Source: Proteromonas lacertae
Taxonomy: Eukaryota
Assembly (NCBI GenBank): GCA_002245135.1
Contig: NGBS01000054.1
Span: 1 to 43,597, forward strand
DNA length: 43,597 bases
Direction: 5' to 3'
Below, piece after piece: positions 1-13,479 of the stretch. Every line of letters starts with the position of its first letter. Positions within the stretch are counted from its first letter, which is position 1. A program made the position numbers and the translations under genes. Below the pieces are notes generated by a model. The model was not told where the DNA came from. It made no database searches and was given only the letters and a program-made list of their open reading frames with translations.

Positions 1-381
1 ATTGAACAATGTGAAAGGCGAAGCAATAATGTTGGGAATTTATGAAGGCAATGATAAATATGTTATTAATAATCGTTTAATTTGTTCATTAAAGTGAATC
101 CTGATGCAGATGGTAGTTTGTCTATCAAATTGGATATGGACAAGTATTTTCATGTGAAATATACTGTTCAAAATCAGACAGGTGAGTTTGATATTAGAAA
201 TAGATTATATGTTTAAATTAAATATACTAATCTAAGTTTCCTTATTCTTTATACAACTATTATTAAATATATATATGTACATTTATTTTGTTTGGTTATT
301 GAGAAAAAGGAAGAAATTTAAATAAAAGAATCAAACCCATAATCAAGCATAGTTCGTTACAAGTTTTTTATTTTTTGAATT

Positions 382-3300
382 ATGTCTATTAAAAGAACAG
401 CTAGAGATACTAGAAGAACGATACGATCATTAGGTGGTTCTACAGTATCTTATGGAATGGTAGACAAACAGTATATATTTAATTATTGACATTTGATAGA
501 CCATACTGTGATCCTGTCAGATCAACAGAACCAACTAACACAGAAGAAGCATATTTGAAAGAATTAGAAGCTGGATACAATACTCGATATACTGTTAATG
601 ATCCAGGAATGGGAAATATATCGAATCGAGAATGATAAACACAATTTATTTGCACGTATGTATAATATGTATATTTGAATTTAGAAACCGAAAAATTCCA
701 AAGAAGACAACGACATTTACCAAAGATTAGCCGAATTAGAAAGACAAGAAAAGATAGAAGAACGTCGACGAAGAATCCGACTTCCTGACTTATACTCTTC
801 ATTGAAATCTGCAAGAGAAGAAGCAGAAAGACCAAAAGTTGAAGGAATGTTTAATACCAAACTAGAAGCTAATGTAATTCGTTGTATTTTAACTCGAGAG
901 AACTATTTAGATAAATTATCTCGAATCTTATTAGAAGGAAATGTATTAAGTGATGAAACAATCTCTGCATTAAAATCATATTCGTAATTCAACAGTTAAT
1001 ACAATCGAAGCAATAAATGAATGGAAATCAGTTCAAAGAAAAGAGAATGAGCCATTTATGTGGAATGATTTAAATTATATACTTACAATACCATCTGATT
1101 TAGATTTTCTATCAAACATCAAACCATTAGTGAAATTGTTAGGTTTTGATTTAATTCGAAATCCATTTGTATTACCATCAAATTTAGATAAATCAACCTC
1201 TGAACCAGATCCAAAGAATGATAACACTTGCATAGATGGTATAACAATAGGTAGAATAAAAGAATGTGAAAGAACCATAAAAGCAGAAGAAGATAAATAT
1301 GGTGTTATTAGTAGAGACAGAGAAGGTAATTATATTATTAGAAATCCCTGATAAATTACCTCCCAAGAAGAAAGATAGACTAAATCCAAAGATATTAAAA
1401 TCTTCATCAATGCCATCATTACCATATCAACAACAACAAGATCATCAATCATTTGAAAATTCATTAGAACCAACTATCGAAGAAAATGAAGATGGAAATA
1501 TAAGTCCAATTGAAACACCAACCAAACAACGAGCTCGAAGTGAATTAAATACTCCCAAATATCAATCGTTAGAACCATTAGAAATACAACCAGCCAATAA
1601 TAGTGAAAATGAACAAACAAAGACGTGAAAATGTAACACCTAAATTCTCTTTATATAATATAAAATCAAAAAAAAGTCGAATGTCCACAAATCGTAAAAG
1701 ACCAGAATCAGCTAAAACCCTTGAACAACGTCAAAAACAAAAAAGAATATGAAGCTGAAAAAGATAAAAATCGTCAATTGAAGATAGAATTAGAAGCTAT
1801 TAAAAGAGATATTCGATTGAAAGAGAGAGAATATCGTCGAGTAAAACAACAAATGAAAGAAGTGGATGATATTCGATGTGATGGTAAAATCAGTATATTA
1901 CGTCAAAAACTTGAAGAATTTTACTTATTGGAACAAAGACAGAATCAAGCTGATGAAATCGTCGAACAAGCAACTAATAATAATAATAATGAAGAAGAAG
2001 AGGATAATGAAACGGAGTAATACTCAAACCAATGAAGAAGAAGATAACAACAACAATGAGAATGAAGAAGAGAATCGTAAGAAGCAATTTGAAAAATTCA
2101 AAGAAGAAAATCGAAAAGATAAATTATATTATTTAAATGATCCAAATTTAAGTGAAATAGAAAGACAAGAACAAGCTTGCAATTCATATTCAATCCTTAA
2201 TAAGAGGAGGAATAGGAAGAAAAGCCTTTCATATAAAGAAGAAGGAATATAATTACAAAGCAACAATAATCGAATGCGGAATAAGAAAACATTTAGCCAA
2301 AAAGACAGTGAAAGAACGAAGAATCTATTTGCATAAAGTATTAATAATAGAATCAGTAATTCGAGGATTTTTAGCTCGAAGAAGAGTCAAACATATTCGT
2401 TATGAAATATTACGAAATAAAAGTGCAGTAAAAATCCAAAAGACATTCAGAGGTGAAATTGGTAAAAATCGAATGAAATTACGAAGACAAATGATTCAAT
2501 TATCGTTACAATGTGAAAATATAATAAATAGTTTATCAATCGTTCATATAAATACAATATGTAATTTAGATCCTCCACCTTCAATTGTTTATACAGTTTG
2601 TAGATTATTATGTATTTTATTATGTAAAAATATTGAAAGTATTAATTATGGAATCTTAAGTTGGAACGAAATAAAGACATTACTTCAACCATCAATTCTA
2701 TTTCCAATCTTAAAAGAATTAACAAAAATGACAAAGAGAGGTGAATATAGAATGAATGAGAATAAGAGATATTTAATAGGAATATTTCTACAAGATATAA
2801 CCATAACCAAATCAGATTTTAATTCCTTACCTACTTCATATGGCTCAATATTATACCAATTATGTCAATATATTCATTATTTATATGAAATACATTCTTA
2901 TTGTGAAATATTTGAAGAAGATAATAATAAGATCGAAGAATATACAAAGAAAAGTGAAGATAATTGTATATTTGTTAAGCCAGCACAATCTCTTCAACAA
3001 TACAATGATAATAATGAAATGAATAATGTAGAAAATGAAACTGAAAATGAACATTCTAGTGAAGTCCCTTTAATTTCATCACCAAGTAAGAATTATTCAT
3101 TTTATATAAATCCTGAATTAGTCAATAATCCTGAACCAGAAAACCATCAACAATATATAATACTGTTTAATAAATACATTCCCACATTACAACGACATGA
3201 TTTAGTTGTTGAATATTTGACTTATTTCCCAATTCATTCAATAGCTTTGAATATAAATGATATAAATAATGAAATATGTAAAGAATTGATAAATTATGGA

Positions 3301-6300
3301 TATGATTTATTATTAGAATGTGATGCAGGAATATCAAATTATTCACATAAATCATTCAATGAATATTTGAGTGGAGAATTGTTAAAAGATATAATACCAA
3401 ATAATACAGCTAATACATGTAATAATAATAATAATGAATTATCTCAATCCTCCATTGATTCATTTAAATCCCCATTAATAATCAAAACACAACAACAACA
3501 ACAACAAAATCAAGAGGAAAATAATAAACAAAATAATAATCCAAACCAACCGAAAATCATTATGTTTACAGCTAATTATAATAATCGAATATTTGAAGAA
3601 AAAACTCATTATGGAATTTATCCTCAAGAAAGACAATCATTAATCGATTATGATATAAAAATACTATTAGAAAAAGCAGTGAAAGAGTATTATGAATTAA
3701 GTGATCCAAATGTGTTAATGGAATTGAAATTAATTAGTAGCCCAGGAAAATGCCCCAATGTTTTCTTACCCCACATTTTAGAAGCATTAAATATAATATT
3801 GAATAAAGATAACGATGAGGACTTCCCATCCAGAAATCCTAATAGTGAAGATCAAGATAAAGAGAATGAATTAAGTTGGGATATAAACAGATCGTTATTG
3901 TTTAATCCAAACAAATTATTACAAAGAATGAAAAATAATAATCCATATGAAATTCGATATAAAAGCTATTTAATCTTAAAAGCTTATTTGAATCACATTT
4001 ATTGGCCTAAAAATGAATGGATAAATGAACAAAAAGAATGTTTAATACACTTAATAATGTGGGTTAAATATCGAATTGAATTCTTAAAGAAGTTATATGA
4101 AAAAGGAGGTCCAATTCCTTATTTATCTAGTGAAATGGGAATTTATAATCAAATAATCGAAGTGTATGATGGTGATGTAAATGGTTATGAAGATAATACA
4201 ATAAATAATAATGCTGGAACTGGTTGGAGAAATTCGTTTGTAATATTATTAAAACAGATTTTAAATGATTATAAATTATTTAAAGATGGCAAAAAGATTG
4301 ATGGAATTTACTTTATAAATGAAATTTATGGATTGAATGATAAATTATATATAGTAATCTACGAATCAATTGGAACATCAATGAAATATATCTCTGTGAA
4401 TTTAGAACAGATTAATTACTTATTAAAACCATTGACATTAGATAAATATTCAATAAAAGAACCACCCACAACTCGTGAAGATTTATATAGCCGATTATTG
4501 AATCTATTAGTCTTACAACCAATCATTTACAATAATAATAATGACAATTATTCAACCAATACAATTCATTCAAATATTACATCATCTTCCAATAGAATAA
4601 CTGATAATTCATTACCATTAACATCCACCAATCAAATTGCAGCTAATAAACACTTATTTATCGAAAGAAAAGCATGTGAATTAAAGAAAAAAACAATGAG
4701 AATAGGAAATAGTAGAATCTTTATAGTAACAGTATATCAAATCCCAGAAGGTGGTTTATTATTCAGTTTATTATGTACAAATAACAACAAAGAACAAAAA
4801 TTAGTAATTCCATCTGAAATGATCAGTATAATAAAAGAAAATGCATCTGAATCTGAAAGAAAACAATTAGTTAGTTCCAACCCTGATATATTCCTCGAAC
4901 CATTATTTGATCGATTAGAATGTATAGATGAAGAAAGTGGTGAAATAACAATGAAAAAGAAAGTATTAGATTCAAAGATCATAAAGAAGGAAGGAATTAG
5001 AATAGGTGAATATACTGGTGATATATCCATCTATGAAGAATTCAATGATGAACAAATGACTGTAATAACAATAACATTCAAAGATGTAGATTTGAATGAA
5101 GAAATTGTCTTACAATTAAGTGAAAATGAGTTTATGGAGATCTTTACAAATACATTTGATAATTGTGATAATTCCATAATTAATAAGATCTTAAAAAGAA
5201 TCTCAATTCATTATGATGAAGCTTATAAATGTCATTATATCGTATTAGATCATAATATATTCAAAGGAACAGTAAAAATCAGTGGTTATTCATTGAATGT
5301 GAATATAAATGCAAAAGACAGTAATGAAAGTAATGAAAGTGGTAGTAATAATGGTATTATAATCTATATATCCAGTCCAAATTGTAGTGAGAAAGAATAT
5401 ATCGAATTGAATGAGAATTATTTATCCTCATTATTCTTTAATATAGTTGAATGGCCTCCAAGAACTTCTAATATGAGAATAGTTGCGATTAACCACTTAA
5501 TATCGTTATTATCAGTAGAAGCAGTAGATGGAACAAATGGAATAAATGTAGAAGGAAATATCATGAAAATAATATTCAATAAAGAGATAAATGGTTTATT
5601 GTGTGATGCAGATGGTAAAATTATAAAGAATATGAATAATTCAATGATGAATAGACCATCAATACTGAATGATGATGAAATAGAAAGTAGTATAAAGAAT
5701 AATAATAATAATGAAGAAATAAACAATACTGTGAATGAAGATAATAATTACAATACAAATTCTAATGAAAATATGGTAATATATGATGGATTTGAAGATA
5801 CAGTTAGTGAATGGAATGAAGTATATAAAAAGGGAATTCAATATGGAAATGGTAAATATCATTGTATTAGTACAATTTATGAAAGAATGACTAATTACAA
5901 TAACACTAATAATAATAATAATAATAACGAAGAAAATAATGAAAGAATGAAAATTCAAATTTATTGTCAAGAATACTCTTGTCAACCACAAATCATCTTA
6001 AATCGATTAGAAATCCAAGATTTAATAGGTAAAAGACAATATTTAATGGAAAATGAAAAGAAACGAGATAGAGCTGAGTATATAATAAATGAAAAAATTG
6101 AATTAGAGAAGTATGAAGATAATAATAATGTGAATATAAATTATTATGGTAAAAATGTTCCTCATAATGGATTTTATATAAAATTACACCCAAGTCACAT
6201 TTATATTACAATTTCAACAACGACCTCATCATCAACAGTAACAACACCGAAATTAGTAGAAAGAGAATCTCAACTGTTAGAAAGTAATATATTATATAAT

Positions 6301-8253
6301 GAATACGATGTGATTGAAGTAAAAAATGAAAATGATGTAGATAGTGATGGAATAAGTGTAATGAAAGAACCAAATGAAGTTGAAAGTAAAGAAGAAGTTG
6401 AAAAGAATCGTATTTATATAGTGAATAATATCGAAGATATGATTCAACAAGAAGAACCTCCACCAATAGAAAAACCATCTACTCCTAAATCAAGTGATTT
6501 AAAAGGAAATGTAAATGAAGAAGATACTACTTCAACTTTACCTCCATTAACTTCAGAAAGTGAAGTTACAAATGAAAATAGTGAAGTAAATGAGATAAAT
6601 GAAGAAGAGAAAAAGCTAGAAGAAAATAATGAAGAAGTAAAAGAAAATGAAGAAAATGATGATGATGAAGTAAAACAAGAGAATGATAATATAATCGATA
6701 ATATGATAGAAAATAATAATATAAATATTAATAACGAAAGTATTGGGTTAGAAAGTGAACCTGAAGATTCATTAGAAGCTCCAATCTATTCTGAAGATTT
6801 CGATTATAAAGGAGATGATTATATGCTATCAATATTTCAAGATAATCCTGACATATTATCGTTAAGATTTCAAGCTTATTTCCATGATAGTCAATACAGT
6901 TGTGAATTATATTTAAGCAATGAAGATGTAAATAACATAATAAAAGACGAAAGTAGTGTGAATGAAAATGATATGGAAAGTATAATAAACTATTTAATAA
7001 ATCGAATAAAAATTCGTAAAATTGACAATTATGAGATGTTATATTATACTGGAAATAATCCTTATTATAATCAAAATAATTTCCCTCCATCTCGAAGTAG
7101 TATCTCTACAACCAATTCCAATACAAATTCAACGAATATTGGAAGAATTTCTTCTACTAATATATCTGTCGATGATAATAGCATGAATATGAATATAAAT
7201 AATAATATAATAAATGATGAATCAATCAATATCGAAATATATGAAGGAATCGAAGTAATAAATGAAACATCTTATCAAATAACAGTATATGAAAAGCAAA
7301 TCAATAACAATCAAAGTCAAAATACTTTATTAAAATTATGCGATTTAGAGAATGGAATTGAAGGATATTATTGTCATAAAAACTCCTTATTCAGTGATTT
7401 ACAATTCAAACCTGATATACTTCAAAATTTGTTATTAAAACTAAAGATTGAATATATAAACACTATAAAAGGTGAAATATTATATATTTATGATGAAGAA
7501 GATAATGAAAGATATGATAAAATGAATGATGAAGTAATGAGTGTTAGTAAAGGTGATTTTATTTATACAATATATTATTCAACATTACATGGAATCTATA
7601 TAAATTGTAAATTATTATCCAAGAAAAATGAAAATGTAAATATAAACGAAGAATTGAATGGAACATTTAACATATCAATATGTCAATTACCTTATTTATA
7701 TGGACCATTTTATGAGATGTATTTTGATAATTTCCACATCGAATTAAGTCTGATGTTACTCTTATCGTGTATAAAAACGAAGGATGTAAATGATTGTGTG
7801 AATAATCGAAATAATATAATGATGAGTTTAAATATGGAAAAATGGCGATTAAATAGTTGTTTATTAAATGCATTATATTTACCAGAATCCAATATTGAAA
7901 AATCCTATAAAATCCATTTAAATACTAATATAGAAAAAGAAGATGAATTAATAGATATTGATAATTATGCTAAAGATGAAGAAAATGAAGAAAAAGATGA
8001 TGATGATGATGATGATGAAAGAAAAGATGAAATCAATGTAATAATTATCGATTCAAATATAATATCATTTAAACGAATATTAATATTGAAGGGTGAAAAT
8101 GGGAAGAGCAATATAATTATGTTAAATGATGTAAATAATGAAGAAAATGAGAATAATGAAGAAGAAGTGAAAGAAAGTGAAGTAAGTAATAATAGTAATC
8201 TATTAAATAAAATTGAAATGAATAAAGATGGAATATTTTATTTAAATATCTAA
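382..8253 (+). CDS. Host large IQ-motif protein with dynein-stalk-like segments; 5' part (382-2307) broken by introns and frameshifts, main ORF 2308-8253
   Basis: ATG at 382 and consecutive same-strand ORF fragments lead into a 1981-aa ORF. IQ-like motifs IESVIRGFLARRR and IQKTFRGEIGKNR. Two segments resemble the dynein microtubule-binding stalk (PPPSIVYTVCRLLCILL...SWNEIKTLL; PHILEALNIIL...SWDINRSLL). Asn/Glu low-complexity tracts. Confidence 0.6.
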
Positions 8254-8329
8254 ATAATAATAATAATATATGTTTTTTATAAATATTTTTATAAGGAATA
8301 ATTATAATTAAAAAATAAGAATTATTAAA

Positions 8330-10422
8330 TTTAAAAGTGATGAATAACTGATAATAATTCAAAGAAGTGTAATATATCCACCTAACACCGCATAATGGAT
8401 ATAATGGAGAAGGTAAATCTTTCAACAAGTAAAACAGGAGATGAATTCATTATGACTAATCCAAAATTCTCTTTTATTCATATCAACTATCACTTCATAA
8501 ATTGAACCATCTCCATGATTATAGAAATTTGGATTTTTATTAACAACTCTTCCAATATGACAATATCTAGTAATATAATAACTTTCACCATTCCATGCAT
8601 AATAATTACATGTTGTTGATTGATATAAAATATAATTACCAGAATATATATTATTAGTTGATAATCCTAACGTCATTCCATCACCTTCACTTCCATTTTG
8701 ATAAAATTTATATTTGATATGATAAACTCCATTTTTCATTTTCAAATTCAAATAACAATGATGCCAACCATTTTGAGGATTTGTTATTAATTTTCCATTA
8801 TTTGATATTGATATTCCATCACATTTGTTTAATTCTGTGAATTTAATCTGAAATTCTAATGATATTATCAATATCTTTTCATTTAGAATATTCTTACAAC
8901 TTATTTCATATTCTCTATTTTCGATTTCTTTATTCATTTTTCCTTGAATTATTCCATTTTCTTCATCTATCATTAAACCATCAGGTAAGGAAGGATTGAT
9001 TGAAAATTCACATCGATTTCCATCAAATGAAGGAATTATTGATATTTCTTCATTAATAGCAAATGAATATTCTGATTGAGAATATGAAAATGATGTGATT
9101 TCTTTTGTTTTTAATTTTTTCAATAATTCTTTATCTTTCATTATTTCTATCATTTCTTCTTCTTCTTCTAAACTCAATTTATTCTCTTTTATATATTCTA
9201 TTATTAACTCTTTAGATTTGGAGTTTAAATAATCATCTTCATTTAATATTCTAAAAAGAATTTCTTTTCCACATACTTCTTCTATTATTGAAATATTCTT
9301 TTTATCATCAACAAATAAACATAAACATTTCATTGTTCGATTTCTTTTATTCTCATTATATTCTATGCATAATCTATCCAATAGATTTCTCTTTTCTGTA
9401 TTTGAGATATATTCTATTTAAATATATTTTTAGTATTTATACTTTCCATCTTCGCATTCTTATATTTCATTATCATCAATACTATCTCGATCATTTTTAT
9501 TTTATTCATTTCTAATATACACATTATTTCATCATTTAACTCTTCTTCTTTCATTTTATCCAATATTTCTCTTTCTTCTTCATTGAATTCTTCTTCTTTA
9601 TTATCTTCATTGTAATTATTCATTATTACATTTTGAATTCTCTCATCTTTTATTAAATATATTTCTATATGATTTTTACATTCATTTTTCTTTAATTCTA
9701 TTTTCATTTCTTTCAACATTTCTTTATTCTCTTTTTCTATCTCTTTCTCTTTTATCTTTTCACAATCGATATCTTCTTCTATCAATTGCTTAAAATCATC
9801 TTTAAACTCTTTATTATCATACTTATTCTTTTGGAATTTATACCATTCCGAATAACCGATTTAATAACCATAACTCATTCACTATTATCACATCTTTCAT
9901 ATTTAATATCTCAATCAAATTATTCATTTCTAATCTCAACAAATATTCATTCTTATATAAATATTTATATCCTCGCTTTTCTATTTCCATATTTTTCAAT
10001 TCTTCTATCTCTCTCAAACATCCACCAAATACATTACATATATGAATTAATTTCATTAATACTTCATCATCTATATTATTCTTCATAAATTCATAACAAT
10101 CATTTATTATCTCTTTTTCACAATAACATAAACAAAACATCAACACTTCACATACACTCTCTTTACAGATTATCAATTCACCACCACTGTAGTATTTCTC
10201 CATCTCATAATATCCAATTTCTTCGATTTCTTCATATAACTCCAAAACTCCAACAAACTCACTATCTAACAACAGTTTCTTTACAGTCTCATTTCCATTC
10301 ACTAGAATTGACTTGATTGACATTATTCGGCTATCTCTAATCTTCACTTCTATATCACTAAAACCACTTTCGACCAATTTTCGACATAATCTATCATAAA
10401 AATAAATATATATAATACCCAT
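8330..10422 (-). CDS. Host multidomain gene (BTB/BACK-like, putative Ig repeat, SPRY-like C-terminus), fragmented by frameshifts
   Basis: ORFs 9838-10422, 9414-9785 and 8422-9381 are colinear. FSDIEVKI...LLLDSEF is BTB-like. FSINPSLPDGLMIDEENGIIQG is a putative Ig motif. GDGSIYEVIVDMNKREFWISHN is SPRY-like. Ends are approximate. Confidence 0.55.
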
Positions 10423-10679
10423 ATTCTCTTATGCTTTTATTCACTTTTCTTATCATCTTTATGTAAATATATAACAAAAATAACGAAATTCGATTTTTAT
10501 CAAAATTTTGAATAACCCAAAAATTAAAATGTGATTTAAATCACATGCAGAAGGTGTGATAAAAACAATAATACTCAATTCTGATTCATTAATGCATATT
10601 GCATATGATATGATGATATAAATGCTAATTAATATTTGTTGAAGAAAAGTGAAAATTTAACTTGTAATGCAATATATAT

Positions 10680-10947
10680 AGTATATAAATGGGACTCTGG
10701 CACATTATGCCAGAGTCCTAACGAGTTTTCTAGGGGTCCGTCCCTTTCTAGATTCAGAGTTGACTTTTACGGGAGCTTCATCGATTGCATCGATGAAGCT
10801 CCCGTAAAGGTCAACTCTGAATCTAGAAGGGGACGGACTCCTAGAACACTCGTTAGAACTCTGGCATATTGTACCATAGTCCCATTTACGTAAGGTTCCT
10901 ACGGGATTCCTCCCAACAGGGTCTACTTCTCAACGGGGTCTACTTCC
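10680..10947 (+). repeat. Left TIR of element A, containing a 203-bp imperfect palindrome (10686-10888)
   Basis: Reverse complement of 18385-18651 and near-identical to 19672-19939. Palindrome centre ATCGAT-TGC-ATCGAT at 10787. Confidence 0.97.
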
Positions 10948-10986
10948 TAACAGGGTCTTCTTCCCTACGGGGTCTACTTCCTACGG
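10917..10986 (+). repeat. Four degenerate tandem copies of an approximately 17-bp GGGTCTACTTC-containing unit
   Basis: cagggtctacttctcaa / cggggtctacttcctaa / cagggtcttcttcccta / cggggtctacttcctacgg. The other three termini carry two copies. Confidence 0.85.
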
Positions 10987-11086
10987 TGATTCATTGTCCG
11001 GCATTAAGGGTAATTTCCTTGGCCTTATTGTAGTTTTCATTTTCCTAGCGATCTTGACTTCAACAACTCAACACTCTTTTGATCTC

Positions 11087-13270
11087 ATGAAGCGTAAGCA
11101 ATCCTCCTCATCGTCCGATGATGTTCCTAAGTGCAAGGGTAAGCATCATCGTCTACAGACAGACTCTGAGGTCTTTGTAAGCACTAAGGACAACATCACG
11201 ATCGATGGTATCTCATTGACTAAGCCTAAGAGAAGATCATCATCCACGTTGAAAGCAAAGCAACAGAAACCCAAGGTAGTTGAACTAGATGGAATACAAC
11301 AAGCGATCCGGGCTGCTTTAATGAAGAAGAGTCAGGAAGTACCAGCGATGGACCATAAGCAAGATATCAATACCATCAACAACCCTGAGAAGTCTTTACC
11401 TAGCTACCCTAAAGAGCATCACACCTTATTCCCATCTACATCATCATTCATTGCCCAGGAGAATATCTATTACAATACCTACTTGGATCAGTTAAGGAAG
11501 AAGTTCAAGGACCTTGGAACTTACTTGAAAGTCATCCTCAAGGAGTATATGCACTCAATGATCTTTCCCAATGAATGTTACGATGCTCTTGTCAAGATGA
11601 TAATAGAGGAGGAGGACTCCGAAGGAGTCTTCTTAAGGTACATTACTAGAGCAAGATCCATCGATAAGAACAACTACAATGAGATGGAGCAGGAGTACTT
11701 ACTTACCCGTCACTATCAACTCAAGATTATCTCCGAGAGAATGGATCTCTTCATTAACAGCACCTGTAAGCTCCAAGGAAGTGATCTTCTAAGACCAGCC
11801 TTAAGAAACATCCAAGAACGCCTTGAAGATATACAACACTTTGTCAAGGACTCCAAGATCAAGGAGGATAATACCAACTACTTCATCCTCACATCGCAGT
11901 TCATCGATAAGGTCATCACTTCCCTAAGACAACTTAGTAAAGCTGCTAATCACCTGGTTGTTGAACTAAAGGCTTATGAGAAGATGCTTCAACACGATCA
12001 TCCGATGCTCTTCAAGGACAAGACAATCTCCCTGGATGCATACCTTAAGGCAACTAACTACTTGATCAACTACACTGATGAAGTTATTCAGATCCTGGAC
12101 TCGGAGAAGCTGTATCTTCCTAAGAATCAAATGCTGAAGGTGTTTAAGAAGCTCTATCAATCTCATGAGCATTACGTCCTTAAGGATTCTGCTTACTTCC
12201 TTAAGTGCAAGAGTCAATCCTGGAGCTACGTGAAAGTAGAGAACCGACCTAATACAAGACCAGACTCCGAGAAGGTACTTGTCTTTGACGAGGACAACTT
12301 ACTTCATGCACCCACAGCTGTTACTTACACGCAAATGAAGTTAGTCAAGGAGATGATGGATCACGTATCTCAACGCTACGTAGACTTCAACAAGGAGATG
12401 ATCACCTGGTTGAAATATTACGGTATTGACTTTCAGGATCTTCCAGTTACTTCATTGAGTCTCAACTTTAAGGATTCCATGCAGAAGGAAGAAGGCATCA
12501 CTGGTAATGAGTCCATGGAGGAGGACAATGATGTTAGTAATATCGATGGTAAGCAGGAGGATTCATCTTCAGTAACAACTTCGATCCCGAGTAAGGAACT
12601 TATAAATCCACAACCTCAACAATCTCATGACCGTCTCGACATCTTTAGCAGTGACAACGATACCGATAATGAAGATAATGATAAGGCCGGTAAGGAAGTT
12701 AAATTAACTCCAGTCAATGTCAATGAAGAGAACGTTCCTAAGCTAGTTGATGAATTGCTAGAGCAACCACCTCCACTACCTCCTAAGCCTGTAATCACCA
12801 AGACTGCTGATAAACCTACAATTACAAAGAAGAAGAAGAAGACTCCTAAGCAATCTACTGCTAGTAATCTTCCAAAGCATTCATCAGCAAGATCAAAGTC
12901 CCGATCTAAGGAACCATCAAAGGAACCATCAAAGGAACCATCAATAGAGCCTTCAAAGGAGCCTTCAAAGGAGCCTTCAACAATACCAGTAATCACCAGC
13001 GATGATCTTGAGAAACAATCAGCAGCTTCCTATCTTGTTGAGAATAACCATGAGGATGTCAAGGGCTCTGATGATGATGATGATGATGATGAACTTAACT
13101 TAGCTTCCACGGGACCAAAGTTACCTTCAATGATAAGTCCAGCTCCACAAGAGACTAACTCCTTGGAAGGCACCGAGATAAACAATACCTCGCAGTACAC
13201 CAGTTGTTTACCAGACTTAGAAGAAGAACCGTATATGAACTCACCTATACCTGACTTAAATATGTTTTAA
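11087..13270 (+). CDS. Element A large hypothetical protein (basic N-terminus, helical core, disordered C-terminus with KEPS repeats)
   Basis: ORF 10994-13270, first ATG at 11087 (MKRKQ, NLS-like). No recognisable catalytic motif. Confidence 0.8.
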   Translation: MKRKQSSSSSDDVPKCKGKHHRLQTDSEVFVSTKDNITIDGISLTKPKRRSSSTLKAKQQKPKVVELDGIQQAIRAALMKKSQEVPAMDHKQDINTINNPEKSLPSYPKEHHTLFPSTSSFIAQENIYYNTYLDQLRKKFKDLGTYLKVILKEYMHSMIFPNECYDALVKMIIEEEDSEGVFLRYITRARSIDKNNYNEMEQEYLLTRHYQLKIISERMDLFINSTCKLQGSDLLRPALRNIQERLEDIQHFVKDSKIKEDNTNYFILTSQFIDKVITSLRQLSKAANHLVVELKAYEKMLQHDHPMLFKDKTISLDAYLKATNYLINYTDEVIQILDSEKLYLPKNQMLKVFKKLYQSHEHYVLKDSAYFLKCKSQSWSYVKVENRPNTRPDSEKVLVFDEDNLLHAPTAVTYTQMKLVKEMMDHVSQRYVDFNKEMITWLKYYGIDFQDLPVTSLSLNFKDSMQKEEGITGNESMEEDNDVSNIDGKQEDSSSVTTSIPSKELINPQPQQSHDRLDIFSSDNDTDNEDNDKAGKEVKLTPVNVNEENVPKLVDELLEQPPPLPPKPVITKTADKPTITKKKKKTPKQSTASNLPKHSSARSKSRSKEPSKEPSKEPSIEPSKEPSKEPSTIPVITSDDLEKQSAASYLVENNHEDVKGSDDDDDDDELNLASTGPKLPSMISPAPQETNSLEGTEINNTSQYTSCLPDLEEEPYMNSPIPDLNMF

Positions 13271-13479
13271 CTTAAGGTTACTCTTGTTATTGAATATCAT
13301 TCTTGTTATTGTGGGGTTGCACTGATACTGCTACATAAATCTTATCGGAACATCGTCTATTGATGATAGCCATCACACGATCGCCTATCGGCTGTTGAAT
13401 GATGGTTATCATCAGTCAGTGTTATCCTTGCTTGTGAATCTCCCGATAGAACAACTAACTACGATAACATTAAAAGGAC

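Noticed and set aside
382..2307. Many frameshifts in host genes (also 8330-10422) and in A-rich parts of C as possible programmed recoding or an alternative genetic code
   Set aside because: They are scattered indels, often in homopolymers, consistent with consensus errors or decay. Long ORFs read normally in the standard code.
2840..8428. Numerous short antisense or nested ORFs, here and within viral genes
   Set aside because: Shadow frames of real genes in biased sequence with no independent support.
10732..10737. GGGG in both left TIRs versus GGG in both right TIRs as a left/right marker
   Set aside because: A single homopolymer length difference that tracks strand is more likely a sequencing bias. 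It needs reads.
10636..10893. ORF repeated at 19646-19861 (and 28785-29039 partly in a TIR)
   Set aside because: It is a translation of the palindromic TIR that starts in host flank with a non-ATG codon. The repetition reflects the DNA repeat.
10917..10986. Short repeats as a CRISPR array
   Set aside because: The units are contiguous with no unique spacers, the context is eukaryotic, and no cas genes are present.
12905..12980. 12-bp tandem repeat encoding KEPS
   Set aside because: Ordinary low-complexity coding repeat in a disordered region.
11087..13270. Largest A protein as a polymerase, integrase or Rep
   Set aside because: I could not find PolB, DDE, tyrosine recombinase, HUH or Walker motifs by eye. 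A remote homology search is still warranted.
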